Source: an uncultured Eubacteriales bacterium
GTDB taxonomy: Bacteria > Bacillota > Clostridia > Christensenellales > UBA1242
DNA: 64,000 nucleotides
Direction: 5' to 3'
Assembly: GCA_900551855.1 (NCBI GenBank)
Contig: URXM01000002.1
Span: forward strand, 192,828-256,827
Position numbers and translations under genes: made by a program. Shown here in pieces: positions 58,801 to 64,000 of the stretch. A model generated the notes under the pieces. It made no database searches. It was not told where the DNA came from and saw only the letters and a program-made list of their open reading frames with translations. Position 1 is the first letter of the stretch. The number at the start of each line of letters is the position of its first letter.

Positions 58801-61481
58801 GAAGTATAACTTGGTGTTTTAAAGTTTACGATATAAATTGCTTTGTTTTTAGCCCAATATAATGTTGAAGGTGTTGTCACATAGACTGAAGAGCTTGTCA
58901 ATTTATACAATTCTCCATCATTGATTGCAAAGTAAGGAGTTGTTTTGTCAATCATAAACACATCAACTGTGTGATTTCCAGCTTCATCATAAACATCTAT
59001 CAAATACAAACCTGCATCTGACAAAACATATTCTGTTGAAACACTTGTAGAAAAATCAATAGTGTTGCCTTGATATGGAAGCCAGTTGTTGTTTGTTGTT
59101 GAAAGATTGAGAAGGCTGTTTACAGGTAGATAAGAAACATCTTTTTGATAATTTAACATCTTGTCCAATGTGCCTGAAAGAACTGATTCTCTGTTGCTGT
59201 AATATTGTTCATCAATGATAGGGAAGTATCTATAATATGCATAAGTTCTTGCCCCACTAGTCTTTTCATTCCAAGAGAAAACAATGCTTTGATTTGTTGA
59301 GAAATTTGAAAGTGTAGAAACGATTTTATAATTTGTAGAATTTGTAATTTCTGTAACATTTCTAGCTGTTATGTTTTCAAGTGAGTATTTGTCTATTGTA
59401 AAAGTTTGTTCTCTGAAGAAACCTGTTTTTGAAGAGTAAAGAATGTTTGAAGATGTTATTTCATTTGTGTAATACAATCTCACTGTGTAATGAGCACTTT
59501 GCTCCAAAGTGATCACATTTTCTGTTGATTGAGCAGGGAGAAGAGAGCTAAATGAAATTCCTTGTTCTCCACCAAATCCGGTCAAATATGTGTTTCTGTT
59601 GTAATCATAAGCATAAATTTGAATTGTCACATCTTTGTTGAAAGGATCTTCTTTTGTGCTGTCAACAATGTTTACATTTTCGTTTACATATGTGTCTGAT
59701 GGAACATTTTTGTTCCCTGTTGTTGTCACAACTTCAATTGTTGGTAAATCTTTTACAATTTCAAAATAGAACACTTGATAAAATACTGTGTTTGCAGAAA
59801 GGGTAGTTTCTGTAAGATAATAGTTATCAAAAGTATAACCAACTATGTAGATGTATTTTCCGGCAGCACTGTCTGTAAGTCCAGTAAATGCTGTTCTGTA
59901 AAGAGTTTCTTCTCCGAGTTTTCCGTTGTTGTAAACAGAATATGCACTTGAAACCTTTGTTGTTGAGAAAATGTAGCTGTTTACAGTTGTTGAAAGTTTG
60001 GCATTTACAGAAAGTTTAATAGGTGTTTGATTTGTTTTTACAGGAGTAATATTGTTTGAATTTATATAATTTAAAACATTAACAATGTTGAATGTTGTGT
60101 TTCCTGTTGATTGAGAGTAGTTTCCATTTGATGCCAAGAATGAACTTGTGATATCGGCACTGTTTGTGAAGTTTCCGTTTTCAAAGTCGTATTCTTTAAG
60201 TTCGCTTATTTGTCTGATGTTGTTTTCATCTGTAGGCTTGTCAAGGTCAGTGTAATTTGCTTGATAACCATACATGTAAACCATTATTTTTTTTGTTGCT
60301 CCAGTGACACCATTCAAAGAATATTTTTTGATTTCAGTGGTTTCTGGGGTGGTAGAGTAGTTTACAATTTGAATTGCACTTAAAGTGAGTTCATAGTTTC
60401 CTACATCAGTGAAGTAAACACGGCAAGTATTGTTGTTTGTGTTGATTTTTATGTTTACTATATCATCTCCACTCATAAGCACTGGTGATTCAGATGCTGG
60501 GTCTTTGTCATAAAGAAGACTGGTTGTGTAAGTTGTGTTTGAGATTGATTTACTTATGGCAAGTTCAAATTTTGTGTAATCATATTCTACATAAGGAATC
60601 TTGTTTGCAGAATCTTCTGAAGAATAGTTGCTGTAGAGATAATAAGCATAGTTGAGATTTGTTAAACTTGAAACAGCAACTTCATGGTCAAAGGCTGTAT
60701 AGGTAATGTTAGGTCTGTTGTTTAAGAAGTAAGATTCTTGATCAACAACATAGAAGCTATAATTGATTGTCACATTTTGATCTGAGAAGACTTCTTCTGT
60801 TGTTGCAGTACCACCATCAGTGCAGGTGTAAAGTGTCAAAGACAAGGACAAGTTGTAAATCCCTTCAATGACTTCTCCTGCTTGGTTTGTGATGGCAATT
60901 TCGTTGCTTTCAAGACCTGCTTCTCCATTGCTTGGAAGAGGTTTGAAAGTCATTTCAAATTGTTCAAGTTGAGCAGAGGCATTGTTTGAAAAAGAGAATC
61001 CGCTTGATTGAATATAGTTTCCCATATCAATATCTTTATAAGCGCCATTGACATAAAGGCTTATAGAATTGATGCTGTAATAATAGAAAACTGTAGTGTC
61101 AGTCAAGTCTGGATAATAAACATAGTTGTATATATCATTTTGAGGCTTAAGTTCTGATCCGTTTGTCAAAAGTGATAAGGTCAAGTAGTTTGAACTTGTC
61201 CCTTCTTTGAAAAACATAAATGTGTCAGAAGAAATAAGACTGTTTGGATTTTCGTAGTCGGTGCTTTCTCCTTCTTCATCTTCTGTTCCGTCAGTTATGT
61301 ATTCTCGTGCAGAGAAATAAGAAGGAATATTTTGATTGTCTATTTCTTCTTGTGAAACATCTTCTGCAAGAGCAAAGTTTTTGATGTTGTCCTTGTTTGA
61401 TAGCATTATGCCAAAGCTTATAAAGCATATAGCAAAAAATATGTAGAAAATACTTTTTACCAAATTATTTTTCTTTTCCAT
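52869..61481 (-). CDS. giant (2,870 aa) surface protein with a signal peptide and a C-terminal TM tail anchor
   Basis: This is an 8,613-nt uninterrupted ORF. The N-terminus is MEKKNNLVKSIFYIFFAICFISFGIMLS...FALAED. D-x-A-G-N module ends occur: YLIDVYDEAGNHTV, YEIIETDLAGNMTI, YSISLYDNAGNVQK. The C-terminus is AAAIIAIVISVIVAIVVIIIIIKLRKRIAVK. Confidence 0.9.
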   Translation of the reverse strand: MEKKNNLVKSIFYIFFAICFISFGIMLSNKDNIKNFALAEDVSQEEIDNQNIPSYFSAREYITDGTEDEEGESTDYENPNSLISSDTFMFFKEGTSSNYLTLSLLTNGSELKPQNDIYNYVYYPDLTDTTVFYYYSINSISLYVNGAYKDIDMGNYIQSSGFSFSNNASAQLEQFEMTFKPLPSNGEAGLESNEIAITNQAGEVIEGIYNLSLSLTLYTCTDGGTATTEEVFSDQNVTINYSFYVVDQESYFLNNRPNITYTAFDHEVAVSSLTNLNYAYYLYSNYSSEDSANKIPYVEYDYTKFELAISKSISNTTYTTSLLYDKDPASESPVLMSGDDIVNIKINTNNNTCRVYFTDVGNYELTLSAIQIVNYSTTPETTEIKKYSLNGVTGATKKIMVYMYGYQANYTDLDKPTDENNIRQISELKEYDFENGNFTNSADITSSFLASNGNYSQSTGNTTFNIVNVLNYINSNNITPVKTNQTPIKLSVNAKLSTTVNSYIFSTTKVSSAYSVYNNGKLGEETLYRTAFTGLTDSAAGKYIYIVGYTFDNYYLTETTLSANTVFYQVFYFEIVKDLPTIEVVTTTGNKNVPSDTYVNENVNIVDSTKEDPFNKDVTIQIYAYDYNRNTYLTGFGGEQGISFSSLLPAQSTENVITLEQSAHYTVRLYYTNEITSSNILYSSKTGFFREQTFTIDKYSLENITARNVTEITNSTNYKIVSTLSNFSTNQSIVFSWNEKTSGARTYAYYRYFPIIDEQYYSNRESVLSGTLDKMLNYQKDVSYLPVNSLLNLSTTNNNWLPYQGNTIDFSTSVSTEYVLSDAGLYLIDVYDEAGNHTVDVFMIDKTTPYFAINDGELYKLTSSSVYVTTPSTLYWAKNKAIYIVNFKTPSYTSTINADNVTENDLKYDGTNYYDFYLTYDGKTPSTDIFKVMYNKLFAKNYMQSLTYGVSVSPSTDGVSSYISSYTGMYITIPINEVSYYIDNDHPDYTAQTGIYSQAITVNEENTYRVLIRDMSNTKKDLAYDDTYITQYTNYYSARQTIIISFDSSEFFIQFTNSDGETEVITSNNVVEGTISDTSTSEQRKTKTTYLNPTKMSKAFTLSFLPTITNEDMLIQVDSVIIRYYPYVENTITVGDITYHYYTLSDNVTEINVYNFQENGAQTTIKQDEIRLNSENITTAGKYEIIRTYYTDEGYSYNENDFYQRTYVFYVDRNEVVSNAELVNDESGSHLESLVGGDVFVSMYDNGTNASLVVTFPNSAEGNTNGSSIYNNGTVRSVLTTNLLPVYVYVPQYKYTTYANKTTTLNFATKLYTDEALSIEANKTIQPKTKVTILSATETYAKVLFENAIYYMPISAIDNYDFEVNYSSYYITSTNTTLYSDEKLSTATTTILPTNTTLDVAQIGTTSTQVNYNGGTYYVNNSSYKKVDNDNYYYSDNLIKEYALYAEIYKDDTDVSNLIAVTSTNTKNPTLNTIVSDGSGFLNFYRYSDGTKLDYISEEGTYYVTIYQGRFGTEVGDNNYQQSLTFSFEVKESNPDFVVQSTTGSSLNSVITSPAPTDETKPSMTYYTNQSNVSLIWDAGSTYMAEIDIDEMIFKTSKGQTFRATDDVFAQQPTLSNNTYIAQLDLKKLNVYENNGYVDITMQFKNHDSRFYSKVTKRIYVDLSAPSTNIQNLVNNSTAGNMIATLSTTSLRTYYTAEMEQTSDLSTTSYNISNNTGTFAYYSYSVANSYLQTLKNSLSGDVYKTYIRAFVDTQGNNTKYTTDAEQETAPTDFLASNFTDLETVTEFNPNTYYEIIETDLAGNMTIYTIYITSYVPDSTEGSDYNKLITYTDADGIEHSYTIDDYLLTQSYTNATHNIYAKTGFTLNNLNFFGDAWAQIKLSTVNSNGFTTTKYLMLTPWDKDYAYAFVGQTYTKIAISDLIDGSVSSRYKNCLSVYNRENRSTTNFYINIRNTSLTASLTNDQNREYIRFTQPTDQSIQSSAYGSTFLTSLSIKANNELIYSQTNKLGFSSLWQSTSNIIVTTDNTLGTITFEINPNLGFVTNTRIEYEYTDNYGTTYKEIHLYKETLITQEVSSEQDLYSYYDTNGGRLYYITKDGLKYNYNPSKYTVEVFDLVDGEISEELTKATTTTSQNSQGVSTILVKTNNDTGVYNDSFALLVRDFNNNDPTTNLVKTIYFTLYNELPQVNDTNENNQPGQFKILDANGNNITRSIIDNLVNDETGYFSEIRVIYSQKETFIPIKYSISTDKVNWTEITSGTRLQCQSDDMKKYYLKIWYDETYLKNEMGTPEYVFGYVPDSGQYNQIFEFNLSSLKSTYWIEKTINGVTSVVDKSDTIYTASDGKQYANHYIVNLSYTDKDLVQIKTNKEQEITATLADVFVDSSTVTSELWIISNTTSGNLGNIPPFNIKIVITYIPSSDNFVEEFYTYNMNGIIDTTENLVNATSKSIVISEDYSSINRIELQWSKYYGISQNEINIRLVKDGIELNPVVYTRKTNGKEYNYVYLTHSGKYSISLYDNAGNVQKFNRGNAGQTEALTFIFLKDVPFTITYTNPVTNEEETSLPIKQAIYNGKVSVNIDKSTRSEFYSLDGYPVISVTKDGVEYTEYFQDDTTYLFEEPGYYEISFTATSNLPDVGKIRQEKYQFTILNPNEYRYSYVYNRYSNYYVEKVIKDGIDITEDLLRTLDVSTITVDQKTYMTELPLSYLDEKTGIGTYMITINSNDKLFKGSSAITSWTYQVNIQNGTAPIKISIAEGAETTSNITVTFNQANIYSEMGESTLRIIKEIDNKNYLYYSLDINSLSTGETTATIDSAGTYYVQILSPSGNLLFSYKVVKNDPLNAAAIIAIVISVIVAIVVIIIIIKLRKRIAVK

Positions 61482-61504
61482 AATTACCTCTCATATTCAG
61501 AAAT

Positions 61505-61532
61505 ATTTTATCACAAAGAAAAAATAATTCAA
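61505..61532 (-). promoter_or_regulatory. candidate promoter of the 2,870-aa gene
   Basis: On the minus strand, ttgaat, a 16-nt spacer ending in tga (extended -10), then taaaat. The RBS is gagagg before the ATG. Confidence 0.35.
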
Positions 61533-61776
61533 AATAAATAGAATATATATTTATTATAATTATTATATATTATTTAATACATTTTAAAATTGGCAAATGC
61601 TCAAAATTGTTATTTCTGCTTATTATATGGAGATAAATAATTTTTAAAAAATTAAAAAAATAATTAAAAAATGCAAAAAAATTGATTTTTTATTAAAAAA
61701 TAATGAATTTTTAATGAATTTTTATATATTTTTTTATTTTTATTATTTTTTTTATTATTTTAATTAAAATAAAATT

Positions 61777-62355
61777 ATGAAACAATATCTAAAAAATTTG
61801 TTGTTATACATAAGTGCTTTTGTCCCAATGTACTTTTTAGTATTTGTGAAGCTTATTGTTGAAATCATAAACCACAATGCCACATTCAATGTTTTAAACA
61901 CATTGAATTTTGTCACTCTTTTGCTTTTGATGGTGCTGGGGGCTATTGGACTTTTATGGAATATTTACTTTGCAAATGGAAAATCAATTGAAGTAGAGAT
62001 TGTCTCAAAAAAGAACATTACGGACAGGCACTTTTTGGGATATTTCTCTTTGTTTGTATTTTTTGCCATTCCGCTAGACTTGTCTTTGGTGAGTGCTTAT
62101 TGTGTCTATGTGCTAGTTTTGATCATGATTGGTATAGTGTATATAAATAATTCTTTATACTATATAAATCCATTATTAAATTTGCTCGGTTACAATTTTT
62201 ATGACATAAGTTATAAAGAGTTGGGTTGTGACAAGATAAAAAAATCAAAGATCTTTTATAAGGGCGACCTACTAATAGAAAACAAAACTTATTGGGTGAA
62301 CTTAAAAAATCAACATTTTTGTTTTGTTGATAAAAAGCACAAAACAAGCAGTTGA
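61777..62355 (+). CDS. hypothetical membrane protein with four predicted TM helices and a small C-terminal soluble domain
   Basis: There are four hydrophobic stretches, at roughly aa 8-28, 43-65, 86-100 and 104-123. They are followed by LYYINPLLNLLGYNFYDISYKELG.... No family was recognised. Confidence 0.7.
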   Translation: MKQYLKNLLLYISAFVPMYFLVFVKLIVEIINHNATFNVLNTLNFVTLLLLMVLGAIGLLWNIYFANGKSIEVEIVSKKNITDRHFLGYFSLFVFFAIPLDLSLVSAYCVYVLVLIMIGIVYINNSLYYINPLLNLLGYNFYDISYKELGCDKIKKSKIFYKGDLLIENKTYWVNLKNQHFCFVDKKHKTSS

Positions 62356-62432
62356 GTAAAATTTCAATGCACAAATGTTTGTGTTTACTTTCTGTGTTAG
62401 ATTAAAAGTTGTTTTTATTTTTGTATTTGGTA

Positions 62433-62461
62433 TTGACAAAGGTTTTTTGATGAGTTAATAT
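62433..62461 (+). promoter_or_regulatory. candidate promoter of the 218-aa gene
   Basis: ttgaca (62433-62438), a 17-nt spacer, then taatat (62456-62461). An aaggag RBS precedes the ATG at 62485. Confidence 0.45.
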
Positions 62462-62484
62462 TACAACGAAAATAAGGAGATAAT

Positions 62485-63141
62485 ATGGAAGGTAAAGAAC
62501 AATATATAAACATGCTTGAAGGACAATATTTTGACAAATTGGAAAGAGAATGCAAAAATTTGTTAAATAGCATCAAAAGAAATTCTAAGTTGTTTAGTTT
62601 TATAAGTGATCGTTATTTCTCAACAACAATCAGCGAGTTTAATTTCCACTGCCAACTTATAGATGAAAAGATAAAGACTCAGTTGAAAGCTTATGAAAGC
62701 ATTATCAGCCAGCTTAATAGATTGGAAAATATGCCAGTGAGTGACGAAGGATTGGAGAAGATAAATCAAATTGCTTCAAGTTTGGTTGGACCAGCTATAA
62801 AACTTGGATACTGTGATGAGGCTTGTCAACTTTTGAAAATAATCAAAAATCCAGACATAAACAAAAAATATTGTGATGTTGATGTGTCAAAAGACATTTT
62901 GAAAGTTCTTGATACTTATGGTAAAAGAGCGATCATTGAAGATCAATCAAATTTCAAATCACAAGCATACGCAGTTATCAAAGATGTTCTTTTTGGAAGA
63001 TATGGAAAAGATACAGCAAAGAAGCTTAGTTCAGACAAAATGGAAGATGCTTACCAGAATGCGACTGTTATCATTGAAGACACTGTATTCAAAATGGATG
63101 GCTCTCACGAAATGATAGATGATGATAAGGAATTAAGATAG
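62485..63141 (+). CDS. hypothetical soluble protein, probably helical (218 aa)
   Basis: The ORF has a good promoter, RBS and terminator. No family was recognised. Confidence 0.7.
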   Translation: MEGKEQYINMLEGQYFDKLERECKNLLNSIKRNSKLFSFISDRYFSTTISEFNFHCQLIDEKIKTQLKAYESIISQLNRLENMPVSDEGLEKINQIASSLVGPAIKLGYCDEACQLLKIIKNPDINKKYCDVDVSKDILKVLDTYGKRAIIEDQSNFKSQAYAVIKDVLFGRYGKDTAKKLSSDKMEDAYQNATVIIEDTVFKMDGSHEMIDDDKELR

Positions 63142-63163
63142 GACTACTTGTTAGTCCTTTTTC
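63140..63163 (+). terminator. intrinsic terminator
   Basis: aggacta-cttgt-tagtcct followed by ttttt. It overlaps the TAG stop. Confidence 0.55.
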
Positions 63164-63485
63164 TTTTGTTGCAATAGATTTGCTTCTTTGCGTTCTTCGT
63201 GCCTTATTATTATGTAATATATTATATAATATAATATTATTATATATATAAAAGACAAGAAGCTTGCAAATAATAAAATTTTGATTTGTAAGTCGCTTTA
63301 AAAACATTGTTTTATGCCAGGACTCTTTCATATATAATTTTTGCAAGCTGTTGGGAAGAGTTTAAATTAAACCAAATTGAATCTTTATTGAAACAAAAAT
63401 TTTAAAGAATTAAACATAAAAGATGTATAAGAACATAGCAGGGGGACTTATATAGGGTGGAGAATATGGCAAAGTATTTTAGAAT

Positions 63486-63508
63486 AACTCCTTAGAGGGA
63501 GTTTTTTT
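63486..63508 (+). terminator. orphan intrinsic terminator, ~320 nt after the previous one
   Basis: aactcc(t)-taga-(g)ggagtt followed by T7. Confidence 0.45.
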
Positions 63509-63720
63509 ATTGCAAACTTGTTTGATTTTCTTAAAAAATTTTTTGTTGATTTAAAGAAATTTTTACTAAAAATAAAAAAAATATAAAATTTTTAAAAAAT
63601 TTTTTTAAGAAATTTTGGCCATTTTTGGGCTATTTTTGCGAACACACGGCAAGACGCCTAGGGGTAAAAAAAATTTTAAAAAAAAAGTTGAAAATTTTTA
63701 AAATTTTTTTGAAAAAAGTG

Positions 63721-63750
63721 TTGACAAACTTTTTCCTATTGTGTTAGAAT
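63721..63750 (+). promoter_or_regulatory. strong candidate promoter, probably of an rRNA operon
   Basis: ttgaca (63721-63726), an 18-nt spacer with TG at 63742-63743 (extended -10), then tagaat (63745-63750). About 190 nt of A/T-tract DNA upstream looks like an UP element. Confidence 0.5.
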
Positions 63751-63804
63751 ACGCATGTTGACACCGCAAGAGAGGTTGATGAATGAGTCAACTGGTCAAC
63801 AAAA

Positions 63805-63817
63805 GTTCTTTGACAAC
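63805..63817 (+). promoter_or_regulatory. boxA-like antitermination element in the putative rRNA leader
   Basis: gttctttgacaac resembles the boxA consensus of rRNA leaders (TGCTCTTTAACAA in E. coli, GTTCTTTGAAAAC-type in Firmicutes). It is followed by the leader hairpin gttgttgac-tgaaag-gtcagcaac. Confidence 0.4.
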
Positions 63818-64000
63818 TACATATTTAGAAGATAAAGTCAAATATTATTACGAGTTTAAACTTTTTAAATTTAATTAGTTTTTAATGTAATACGATATTT
63901 GCATACTCAAATTTAAGTCGAGTAAAAGTTGTTGACTGAAAGGTCAGCAACAAGCGAAAATGCTAAGAAATCCAAATCAATATGATTAAGCTACAAAGAG

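Noticed and set aside
63089-63346. An 85-aa minus-strand ORF downstream of the 218-aa gene
   Set aside because: It runs through the terminator hairpin and the A/T palindromic tract and has no SD. Its composition (N/I/K/L/Y-rich) reflects AT-rich non-coding DNA.
1-64000. Search for CRISPR arrays, transposases, integrases, prophage genes and tRNA genes
   Set aside because: I found no regularly spaced direct repeats, no recombinase- or transposase-like translations in any listed ORF, and no tRNA-like cloverleaf sequences. Nothing resembling GTTCGAATC-type T-arms appears in the intergenic regions I read.

Overview
This is an AT-rich chromosomal window that uses the standard bacterial code: TGA acts as a stop at 26812-26814 and 39491-39493. 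Gene content and order look like a low-GC Bacillota (Firmicutes/Clostridia-like) organism. The backbone is housekeeping: gltX (5' partial), trpS, uppP, a P-type Ca2+-ATPase, holB-ricT-methyltransferase, spmAB, tatD-rsmA, rplI, a SpoVB/MurJ-type flippase, hup, dusB, pgk-tpiA, dnaX-ybaB-recR, argS and rpmG-secE-nusG-rplK-rplA. The last ~300 nt look like an rRNA-operon promoter and leader. Three giant ORFs are wedged into this backbone: 6,246 aa (2749-21489, +), 1,424 aa (48383-52657, +) and 2,870 aa (52869-61481, -). Together they span 31,629 nt, or 49% of the window. Each has an N-terminal signal-like segment and a C-terminal hydrophobic helix with a basic tail, and none has an LPXTG-type motif. 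The most interesting single signal is dnaX. Its zero frame stops right after an A9 run (39481-39489), and the -1 frame continues for 113 codons that look like the tau-specific C-terminus. That fits programmed frameshifting or transcriptional slippage, or else a homopolymer error. Other points worth a second look:
- a possible leaderless 422-aa protein with a histone-H1-like lysine tail
- a 288-aa unknown with a consensus promoter just upstream of rpmG
- an orphan HicB-like gene
- a 4-TM protein plus helical protein pair next to the rRNA promoter
- a TetR gene with a candidate operator

I saw no CRISPR array, transposase, integrase, tRNA gene or complete rRNA gene. All function calls rest on motif recognition in the supplied translations, since no searches could be run.
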